64,000 bases of DNA, taken from the NCBI GenBank assembly GCA_963818965.1, contig CAWFUG010000009.1, forward strand, positions 352,001-416,000, read 5' to 3'. This stretch comes from an uncultured Verrucomicrobiae bacterium. Its GTDB lineage: Bacteria > Chlamydiota > Chlamydiia > Chlamydiales > Rhabdochlamydiaceae. Numbering within the stretch: the first letter of the stretch is position 1; every line of letters begins with the position of its first letter. Below the pieces are notes generated by a model. The model had not been told where the DNA came from and searched no databases. It worked only from the letters and a program-made list of their open reading frames with translations. This document shows, piece after piece, positions 38,921-46,948 of the stretch. Position numbers and translations under genes: made by a program.

Positions 38921-38952
38921 GCACCTTTTTCCGTAAGGGGAAGGGTGCTTTT
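38921..38952 (+). terminator. Intrinsic terminator between rplT and pheS
   Basis: gcacctttttcc-gtaa-ggggaagggtgc-ttttt. Confidence 0.7.
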
Positions 38953-38972
38953 TCTTCGATATAGGTATAGTC

Positions 38973-39992
38973 TTGCAATACTCACTTCCCCAAATCAAAT
39001 CGGAATTTCAACGCGACCTCAGCCAAGTCCAACACAGCAGAGACGTCGAGCAACTCAAGGTCAAATACCTCGGGAAAAAAGGATCGATCCAAGCCCTCAT
39101 GCAACAACTGCGCGACGCTACAGCGGAAGAGCGCCCCCTTTTAGGTAAGGAGATCAACCTCCTCAAAGAGGAGCTCGAGCAGCTATGCGAGCAGGCAGCT
39201 AGTAGCTTTGCTCAAGCAGAACTCGCAGAACAGTTAGCCCATGAAAAAATCGACATCTCCCTTCCAGGAAGAGAGCAGAGGATGGGCACGGAGCACCCGA
39301 TCGGCAAAATGATGAACGAAGTGATCACTATTTTGTCTGGCATGGGATTTTCTGTGCAATACGGGCCCGATATCGATACCGATTACTACAACTATGAGGG
39401 GTTGAACTTCCCTCCTGATCATCCCGCAAGAGACATGCAGGACACCTTCTACATCACCCCCGAGTACCTCTTGCGCTCGCACACTTCTAATACGCAATTA
39501 AGGGTCATGGAACACCACAAACCGCCTATCCGGATCATCGCACCCGGCACCGTCTATCGCAACGAGACGATCAGCAGCCGCTCCCACGTCTTTTTTCATC
39601 AGCTAGAAGGGCTCTATATCGATAAAAACGTCTCTTTTGCCGATCTCTTTGCCACCATGCAAGAATTGTGGAACCAAATTTTCCGCACCCAAGTGAAGAC
39701 TCGCTTTCGTCCGAGTTACTTCCCCTTCGTAGAACCTGGCCTTGAAGTCGACATCGCCTGTACCTCCTGTCAGTCCAAAGGATGCCGCCTCTGCAAACAA
39801 ACGGGATGGCTCGAAGTCTGTGGCGCAGGAATGGTCCACCCAGAAGTGCTCAAGAACGGAGGGATCGACCCTGAAGAGTACTCTGGCTATGCCTGGGGGA
39901 TGGGAATCGAACGCCTGGCGATGCTACTCTACGGAGTGAAAGATATCCGCATGTTCACGGAGAATGATTTGCGCTTCGTGTCCCAGAGCTGA
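38973..39992 (+). CDS. pheS: Phenylalanyl-tRNA synthetase alpha subunit
   Basis: HPARDMQDTFY, RSHTS, FPFVEP, GMGIERLAM. Confidence 0.97.
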   Translation: MQYSLPQIKSEFQRDLSQVQHSRDVEQLKVKYLGKKGSIQALMQQLRDATAEERPLLGKEINLLKEELEQLCEQAASSFAQAELAEQLAHEKIDISLPGREQRMGTEHPIGKMMNEVITILSGMGFSVQYGPDIDTDYYNYEGLNFPPDHPARDMQDTFYITPEYLLRSHTSNTQLRVMEHHKPPIRIIAPGTVYRNETISSRSHVFFHQLEGLYIDKNVSFADLFATMQELWNQIFRTQVKTRFRPSYFPFVEPGLEVDIACTSCQSKGCRLCKQTGWLEVCGAGMVHPEVLKNGGIDPEEYSGYAWGMGIERLAMLLYGVKDIRMFTENDLRFVSQS

Positions 39993-40052
39993 GATTTTTG
40001 GCTTGATTTTTTTTTGAGTTGTGGCATAATGCCCAACTTTATCCACTTTTAC

Positions 40053-40137
40053 GGAAGAGTGGCAGAGTGGCCGATTGCGGCAGTCTTGAAAACTGTTGTC
40101 GGGCAACCGACCGTGGGTTCGAATCCTACCTCTTCCG
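40053..40137 (+). tRNA. tRNA-Ser(TGA)
   Basis: GGAAGAG/CTCTTCC-G; anticodon arm gcagt-ctTGAaa-actgt; long variable arm; GGTTCGAATCC. Confidence 0.95.
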
Positions 40138-40157
40138 TCCTTTAATTTGCTGTATAA

Positions 40158-41585
40158 TCAATTACGCATCGCAGAGTACATGGCATCTTTAATTCGCTGC
40201 TTTGTCGCATCATCGGTAATCCATGTAGCAGCTAGGTCATTAATGTCATGGCCTAAGTCTCTCGATTGACTCGTTGCATAACCGATCAATTCTTCTAGGA
40301 TATCTATCCATTCTGGCAGATCTCCTTTAGAACCCAGTTCGCAACAGCGTTTGACAATTTCAAGGACCTCAGCTTCCCTAAAGTAGAAGATTAATTTGTT
40401 ACAGAGGAATAGGATCGCATCTTTTCTCCTTGGGATTTCAGAAACTGTTTCGGCACAGAGTATCGCTGTTTGAGCTACGATACCGTAATCTCGAGAAAGT
40501 TGGGCAGTATCGTAGTCATCATTGAAAATCTGATCAATGATGCAACTCCCCATTCCCTCGAGGGCGTTTGCCTTTTCTCGACATTCTTTAGAGACTGTTT
40601 TAGAGCATAGTTTGATAATTTCAAAACCGGCTTCAATACAGCCGTTGTTGATTAACCTAAGGCTAATGCGCCAGAGAGCCATCGGTTTTTCAGGACAAGT
40701 TTCTGGGATTATTTCAGAGTACAGTGTCGCTAATTGAACGGCTTGCTCAGCATTCATTTCCGACGCTACTACGCAAGCTCTTTCCTGGAGCCTCTTTGCT
40801 ATATAAGGTTCTTCCTCATCTGTTTGAAAATAAGGAATAATATTTGAGTCTAAGATCGCATGGAACGCTTCGAGATCATCTGCAAGTGCGAATGTTGTTC
40901 TTATGGCGGGGATACATTTTATAATGAAATTTAAGAATTTGCCGACATTGGTGTCTGTACGGAATTCTGAAAACTGCAAAAAGAGGTCGAACTCTTCTGG
41001 GCTTAACTCTTTGAGGAATTCCACAATCTTCACTTGTTTGTCGTGCTCGAGTGTCATCATTTCAGGTAAGGTTGTCGCATCCGTTTTGCCAGGAGCAATA
41101 GCATCGAGGGTCTCAGAGATAAATTTTTGGCGCTCAAGAGAGATCTTTGGTTGAGAGAGGAGATGCTTTTTTAGAAGTTCGAGAGTTTCCCAAAGCGATG
41201 AGAAGCGTTCCCTAACTTTAGAATGTTCCTCATCGAGCAATAATCGACCTATAGAGACAGTCCATTCCTGGCAGACCTGTGAAGTTCTTCCTCTGCCCTG
41301 TTGTCCCAGAAAGCCGAGAACCCTTAAAAAGATCTCAGTGGGAAGCTGATCGATGGGGAATACAGTCGTGAAGAGGGCTTTTTGGATAGAGGTAACATTA
41401 CTGATGGCCTTCTTGAATAATTCCACGACCTGCTGGGATCGAAAGGTCTCGAGGTGTTGGTTAGAGCCTTTGTCGGCACATCCCAATGCCCCTTGTGAAG
41501 GTTGATCTAAATGGGAAAGAATGTGGCCAAATATTTTTTGGTATTCTGAATAATTGGGATTTGAACTGAAAAGAGAGAGTGACAT
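40158..41585 (-). CDS. F-box effector candidate
   Basis: IDQLPTEIFLRVLGFL...SQVCQEW, plus a degenerate upstream F-box. Confidence 0.75.
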   Translation of the reverse strand: MSLSLFSSNPNYSEYQKIFGHILSHLDQPSQGALGCADKGSNQHLETFRSQQVVELFKKAISNVTSIQKALFTTVFPIDQLPTEIFLRVLGFLGQQGRGRTSQVCQEWTVSIGRLLLDEEHSKVRERFSSLWETLELLKKHLLSQPKISLERQKFISETLDAIAPGKTDATTLPEMMTLEHDKQVKIVEFLKELSPEEFDLFLQFSEFRTDTNVGKFLNFIIKCIPAIRTTFALADDLEAFHAILDSNIIPYFQTDEEEPYIAKRLQERACVVASEMNAEQAVQLATLYSEIIPETCPEKPMALWRISLRLINNGCIEAGFEIIKLCSKTVSKECREKANALEGMGSCIIDQIFNDDYDTAQLSRDYGIVAQTAILCAETVSEIPRRKDAILFLCNKLIFYFREAEVLEIVKRCCELGSKGDLPEWIDILEELIGYATSQSRDLGHDINDLAATWITDDATKQRIKDAMYSAMRN

Positions 41586-41645
41586 TTTATGCTCCTTAAT
41601 TATTTCGATTAAATTATTTATTAATTTAAATATTTTTTTAGTATT

Positions 41646-43352
41646 TTAATAGGTGTCGCTACTTGACGAAGAGGAGGTAGGGGCGGGGGGGTTAAGGGAG
41701 TCGAGCAGCATTTTCTTTTCTGGTGCAAATAGGGTTCCAGAAAAAGAATAGTGATTTTTGTAATAAGTAGTTTCCATCCACTCTAGGAGGTGGATCAATC
41801 TTTCCGTAAGAGCTGGGTAGCCTTCTTCTATAAACAATGTCCCATCTCTTTTCATAATCTCTTTGTTCATTTTTGCGAATTGTTTGGAAAATGCACTAAG
41901 CGACTTCTCGCATTCTCTAGTAGTTAAAGGGGTGTATAATAAGTTGTTTTGCTCCATCAAGGCAATTGCCAGATGAGCTTGTTCCAAAAATAATAGATTG
42001 CCACAGAATCCCATAAAGATTTCCGTGCCGATTTTTGCCGAGATAGCCCCGGATTCTGTCAAAAGTGGTAATGCTTTTTCTTTTTGATTGTTTTTGATGT
42101 ACCTATCTCCAAGTAGAAATAGAAGTCCTCCAAGGATTCTTTCTCCCATGCCCTGCATTTCGTTACAGATCGAGCGGATAAATGGTTCGACAGTTTCGAG
42201 ATCTCCTTGGATAACGTATTCATGACAGATTGTTGCCAGTGAGCTATCTGTGATCTTTTGATAGGGGAGAAGATCGCTTTTTTCGTGCACAGAAACCAAG
42301 ACACGGGCCTCATCCCAATTTCCCCCTATCGCTAATCTTTCTACAGCTTCTAGCATGAATTGTGGATCGAGGTGGAAATGATATTCTTTGATGAGGGAGA
42401 AGGCTTCTTCAAGATTCCCTTTTTCTAAATAGGCCAGTGATAATCTTTTGGCCAGTTTTTCCAGTTTCTTCGGACTAAAAGAGTCTTGACAACGGGGAAC
42501 AAAATCACGAAACACTCTGTTTGCTGTGCTAACGCAGCCTTCTTCGATGCATGTTTTAAAGGATTTTTTAATTAGAGTGGGAGTTAGGAGGGGCAAAGGT
42601 TGTTCTATTAAGGAAAAAAGTCTATTAAAAAGACCCCGACGAACTAGGGGCTCTACCAGTACCTCTGGCCAAGAGCGTCTTTGCTGTTTGAACGCATCCT
42701 TAATCTTGCGATCTGACCGGGCCAGCGGTAGAACGTGGAAAAATACCTCTTTGCCATGGCCGTCAGCAAAAGCTTGGGAAATGGCGTTGACGAGTGCATT
42801 ATGCTCAGGGCGCAAATGGGGGATTTTGCTTAAGAGTCGTAGCAATACAAGGCTGTGGACGTTTTTGCAGATAGTCCTGCAAGCCTTCTCATTCTTGTCT
42901 ATGCCGAATTGCCGTTCTATCAGTGTTGCGAGTAGATTCTCAGCATCTGTGGAAGTGTTTGTCATTTGCAAAAGCGTTGTAGCAATATCTTTTTCTATTT
43001 GCATATTATAGGTCAAAATCGCCGCAAGACTTTCAGGAGGTTCAATAGTATTTAGATTCAGTAGTTTGTTAGTTATCGTTTGAAGGAGTTGTTTTTGCAG
43101 GGGAAAAGATTCCATCATGGGGCAGTTGGTTAAATCCGTTAGGTAGGTGACGTAAGCGCGAATCATCGGATCCCTTTTTACCTCGCCCCATTTCACGTCT
43201 TTCATCCAGATATCCCATATTGTGCAGACTTGAGAAACACTCTCCCACGATTCTTTGTCTAGAAGGGTAAATGTACTATGGATAGCCTCTGGAGGAAGCT
43301 CGGTCCATAAGCTCTCTATTTGCGAATTTGTTTGTACTCTGTTCATAATCAA
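41646..43352 (-). CDS. F-box effector candidate, distant paralog of the 30.4-34.4 kb pair
   Basis: ELPPEAIHSTFTLLDKESWESVSQVCTIW, FPLQKQLL, PESL, CIEEGC; poly-Ser tail. Confidence 0.8.
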   Translation of the reverse strand: MIMNRVQTNSQIESLWTELPPEAIHSTFTLLDKESWESVSQVCTIWDIWMKDVKWGEVKRDPMIRAYVTYLTDLTNCPMMESFPLQKQLLQTITNKLLNLNTIEPPESLAAILTYNMQIEKDIATTLLQMTNTSTDAENLLATLIERQFGIDKNEKACRTICKNVHSLVLLRLLSKIPHLRPEHNALVNAISQAFADGHGKEVFFHVLPLARSDRKIKDAFKQQRRSWPEVLVEPLVRRGLFNRLFSLIEQPLPLLTPTLIKKSFKTCIEEGCVSTANRVFRDFVPRCQDSFSPKKLEKLAKRLSLAYLEKGNLEEAFSLIKEYHFHLDPQFMLEAVERLAIGGNWDEARVLVSVHEKSDLLPYQKITDSSLATICHEYVIQGDLETVEPFIRSICNEMQGMGERILGGLLFLLGDRYIKNNQKEKALPLLTESGAISAKIGTEIFMGFCGNLLFLEQAHLAIALMEQNNLLYTPLTTRECEKSLSAFSKQFAKMNKEIMKRDGTLFIEEGYPALTERLIHLLEWMETTYYKNHYSFSGTLFAPEKKMLLDSLNPPAPTSSSSSSDTY

Positions 43353-43612
43353 TCCTCGTAAGAGTTTATTAATTTAAACATTATTATAATTGGATTTGTT
43401 TTATTTTTAAATTTAATAAATTTTTTAATTTGTGTAATTTTATGTTATTTGGAATGAGGAGTTTAAGTTGTGAAGAGAGGGGCCTCGCAGCCCCCGCTTA
43501 AGGATTCAAGAGATTACTTTATAAGAATAAGGCGATGAAGCCTATAAGCATAGGCTCTTTGATCGATAGATCCACCATCGAAGTGATCATTGGATGGGTA
43601 TTAGAGCCTTAT

Positions 43613-44830
43613 TTACTCAATTCTCTGGTAGTAGGGGTGGCCCTCTACTTTTTTGTATTCTTGAGTCTCTTCGTCCCAGACTTTGGCGGGCTCTAGGTTT
43701 TCTCCGTATTTGCTCTGGAGGAAGGCGACGGTGTCGTTGGGAGCCCAGACGGTCAGTCCGTCGAAGTGGGCTTTTTTAAGGGGGAAAATCTGGTCGTAGC
43801 GCAAGGGGGTAACGCAGGTCAGCTCTACCTTTTTCCAACTATCGGGGAAGGGGCTGTCTTTGAAGGTGAAGAAGTAGCCGAGTTCCTGTTTTGCCTCATC
43901 GATCGAGTAGTGGTAGATGTCGATGAAGTTTTTTGTCTCTTTGACGTAGAGCTTAAGGAAGGTCTTTGGGTAGGTGTAGCTAGACCAATCTTGGATCTGG
44001 TACTTTTGGGGATCGAGCTGGGAGAGGAGTCTTTTGACGTTTTCGTGATCGGGAACGAGGATGGCGATATCGATGTCCCAATCCCAGGGGATGATCCCGC
44101 CGTAACGGTAAGCTCCTAGGCATGTGCCGCAGTCGACCCACCACGCGATGTCATGGGCATCGAGAAGCTTTCCGATCTCTTTTAAGGTCCCAATTTCGAT
44201 TTGCTGGCGTTTGAGTAATTTAGAGGGGCGTTTGTGCTCTAAACAGGGGATGAAGACGTCGGAATGGGAAGGATCGAGCCCCTGCGCGCGGTAGTCTTCG
44301 AGGTGAGATTGGATGATGGGGGCTTTTAAGCTTCTGCGGATCGCTCGGTTTCTCCTTCTGACATCGGGAGAGAGGTGGGCGATTCCTTTAAGTGTTGATC
44401 CGATCACTTCTCCTACGGGGAGTGCGATGATGGAAGCGAGCGTTTTAAACCAGTGCAATTTTCGGTAGTGAAAGGATTTTTGGATTTGATAGCTGACTTC
44501 TCCGTCTGCGTTGATTTTAACCGTCTTCCCATCGAAGAGATATTGCGATGGTGCGAGGAAGAAATTGCCGAATGATTCGAGGAGCGTTTCTCTCCCTCCT
44601 CTCACTCTGGCATTGAGAAAAAAGTTCTCGCGCATCGCGTGATAGGAGGAGACGATGGGGAGCCCGAGCGGCATGAGGATATCGCGTGCGAAATTGGCCT
44701 GGATCTGCTTTTTTTCATTTTGATCCGCATGAGAAAACGGGTGGGATAGGAAGACAAAACTGAATGTGAAAAAAAATAGCGCAAGACGATTGGTTTTTAA
44801 GCAAGAGACGAGCATAGCAGGATACCTCAT
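43613..44830 (-). CDS. LicD-family phosphotransferase with N-terminal signal/extension
   Basis: WWVDCGTCLGAYRYGGIIPWDWDIDI, IDIY, IFPL, FLQSKYG. Confidence 0.85.
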   Translation of the reverse strand: MRYPAMLVSCLKTNRLALFFFTFSFVFLSHPFSHADQNEKKQIQANFARDILMPLGLPIVSSYHAMRENFFLNARVRGGRETLLESFGNFFLAPSQYLFDGKTVKINADGEVSYQIQKSFHYRKLHWFKTLASIIALPVGEVIGSTLKGIAHLSPDVRRRNRAIRRSLKAPIIQSHLEDYRAQGLDPSHSDVFIPCLEHKRPSKLLKRQQIEIGTLKEIGKLLDAHDIAWWVDCGTCLGAYRYGGIIPWDWDIDIAILVPDHENVKRLLSQLDPQKYQIQDWSSYTYPKTFLKLYVKETKNFIDIYHYSIDEAKQELGYFFTFKDSPFPDSWKKVELTCVTPLRYDQIFPLKKAHFDGLTVWAPNDTVAFLQSKYGENLEPAKVWDEETQEYKKVEGHPYYQRIE

Positions 44831-44943
44831 TTTGAAAATATATATATCGATTTTTTGGGAAAGGTCCACAGAAATCTGAATTTTTGATGAAAAAAATGTG
44901 GGGGAAATGGTACTTTCTTCGCAAAAACAACCAGGAGTGCCCA

Positions 44944-45840
44944 ATGAGAACGCTGCTTTCGACTTGCCTTTTGTGCCTTTCCATTACCTGTCATGCTCAA
45001 GAGATGTATACAGAGACTCTCTACCCTGAATGGCAACAGCAACTGAGAATGGATCGGATCTTGAAGCAGGATAAGACAGACTTACAAGATCTCGTGATCT
45101 TCGAAAACGACCGGATGGGAACTGTCCTCGCTTTGGATGGAGTGATTCAGACGACCTCGTCGGATGAGTTCGTCTACCACGAGATGATGGCTCATGTGCC
45201 TTTAATCGCCCATGGCAATGCGAAGAAAGTGTTGATTATCGGTGGAGGCGATGGGGGGATGCTCCGCGAGGTCAGACGCCACAAGAGTCTCGAAAAGATC
45301 GTCATGGTAGAGATCGATCCTTCTGTCATCGCTTTGGCAAAAGAGCATTTGCCCATGCTTTCTCAGGGCGCGTTTGGAGAGCCTCGACTCGAGCTGGTCA
45401 TCGCAGACGGCTCTCGCTTCGTGAAGGAGACAGAAGAGCGCTTCGATGTCATCATCTGTGATTCGACAGATCCGATTGGTCCTGCTGAAGTGCTCTTTAC
45501 GGAAGAGTTTTATGCCGATTGCAAAAACATCCTCAATCCCAAGGGGATCTTCGTGAACCAAAATGGTGTACCTTCCATGCAAGATTTTGAAGTGAAGGAT
45601 ACTTATGCGCGCCGTCTGCCCCATTTTGCGGACACGAGTTTTTATTTAGCTCCCGTCCCAACTTACATCGGGGGGTTCATGGCATTCGGTTGGGCGACAG
45701 ATGAGTTAAGCTACCGAGACCTCTCTTTAGAAGAGATCGAACAGCGTCTTTCTGCTATCGAAGGGGAGATGAAGTATTATAACGCAGAAATGCACCGGGC
45801 GTGTTTTGCACTCCCTAATTTCATCCAGAAACTTTTGTAA
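44944..45840 (+). CDS. speE: Polyamine aminopropyltransferase (spermidine synthase) with signal peptide
   Basis: LDGVIQTT, YHEMMAH, IIGGGDGG, DSTDPIGPA. AGGAG RBS before MRTLLSTCLLCLSITCHA-Q. Confidence 0.92.
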   Translation: MRTLLSTCLLCLSITCHAQEMYTETLYPEWQQQLRMDRILKQDKTDLQDLVIFENDRMGTVLALDGVIQTTSSDEFVYHEMMAHVPLIAHGNAKKVLIIGGGDGGMLREVRRHKSLEKIVMVEIDPSVIALAKEHLPMLSQGAFGEPRLELVIADGSRFVKETEERFDVIICDSTDPIGPAEVLFTEEFYADCKNILNPKGIFVNQNGVPSMQDFEVKDTYARRLPHFADTSFYLAPVPTYIGGFMAFGWATDELSYRDLSLEEIEQRLSAIEGEMKYYNAEMHRACFALPNFIQKLL

Positions 45841-45848
45841 AGGTAGCG

Positions 45849-46796
45849 ATGTTACCCTCCGGACGTCCCCTTAGTTCCGATTATAACGAATATAACAGTT
45901 ACGATGCCTATAGCAGTGTTTCTGCTGAAGCGAATGTCTCTTCTGAAGAGGAGGATCCCTCTATCCGCGGTGGCATTTTGAGAGGGCATTTTGTAAGCGA
46001 GGGTGGTCCAACTGCAGATCCTCGCATTCATGCCCTAATCCAAAAGAACGTTCTGCGATTAATAGAGCAAACAAAGAAAAGAAGCAGGGGAGATACAGAG
46101 ACAGAGATTGATACCTCCTTTAAAAAGCTCCGTATCAATGGGGAATTTGTGGGGGGAGTTACGAAAATGAACCCGCGAAAAAAGCGGGTTCCACCCGCAC
46201 TGAGTTTCCATTTTTGTCCCCCTTCAGATTCACGCTATGAGCAGTTAACCGATAAGGTATATGGGGCAAATGGCGTTTTTTGCGCTTTTTTTGATTTAGG
46301 AGATGGGACGTGCCTGCAAGCGGCACCCTTTTTTCCCGACAAGATTCAAACGAGCGAGGATCTAGAAGAGTTAATCGTACTTTCTAATCCTATCTGTCAG
46401 ACAGGCAACCGGTCGCTCTGTTACTCGCCCTCTCATGAGTTATATTTTGAAAGCTTACAGAATGGGAAAACCTCTTGCGCTGTTCCTCTTTTTTATGTGA
46501 ATCGATTAGTGCCAGGGAATTGGTATTATATTTTTCAAGAGGGAGAGCCCCTTTCTTCCACTGAGATTTGGAACAGGGTGCTTATTTGTATCGATAGGTA
46601 CAATAAAATAGGTGGAAATAACCCTCTGCGCTATGTGAACGTGCCCGGTGAGGATGGGGAAGAAGGGCTTCTTGCCATCGATATCGGCTTCTGTTTTAAG
46701 GACCAAGGTGTCCACAGTGGGATCTTGTTTATTATAGAAAATAATGTTATTGCAAATAGTGTCGACGTAGTTAACTGCTTGAACGATCTTGGTTAA
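45849..46796 (+). CDS. Hypothetical protein with NLS-like motifs
   Basis: Acidic/Ser-rich N-terminus; KKRSR, KKLR, PRKKRV. Confidence 0.65.
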   Translation: MLPSGRPLSSDYNEYNSYDAYSSVSAEANVSSEEEDPSIRGGILRGHFVSEGGPTADPRIHALIQKNVLRLIEQTKKRSRGDTETEIDTSFKKLRINGEFVGGVTKMNPRKKRVPPALSFHFCPPSDSRYEQLTDKVYGANGVFCAFFDLGDGTCLQAAPFFPDKIQTSEDLEELIVLSNPICQTGNRSLCYSPSHELYFESLQNGKTSCAVPLFYVNRLVPGNWYYIFQEGEPLSSTEIWNRVLICIDRYNKIGGNNPLRYVNVPGEDGEEGLLAIDIGFCFKDQGVHSGILFIIENNVIANSVDVVNCLNDLG

Positions 46797-46948
46797 TGAT
46801 CTATTCCTTGAAACTGTCCTGGTGAAAATCTTAAGCTCAATTAAATTATTAATTGTGTTGTTTTGTCTTTAATTTCCATCTATAATACATAGTAATATTC
46901 GCTTTGTTTTTAAGCGCGAGCTGTTAATTTTATTTTTAGTGGGTTTTT

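Noticed and set aside
40137..43500. tRNA-Ser-anchored genomic island
   Set aside because: No integrase and no duplicated tRNA 3' end found by eye.
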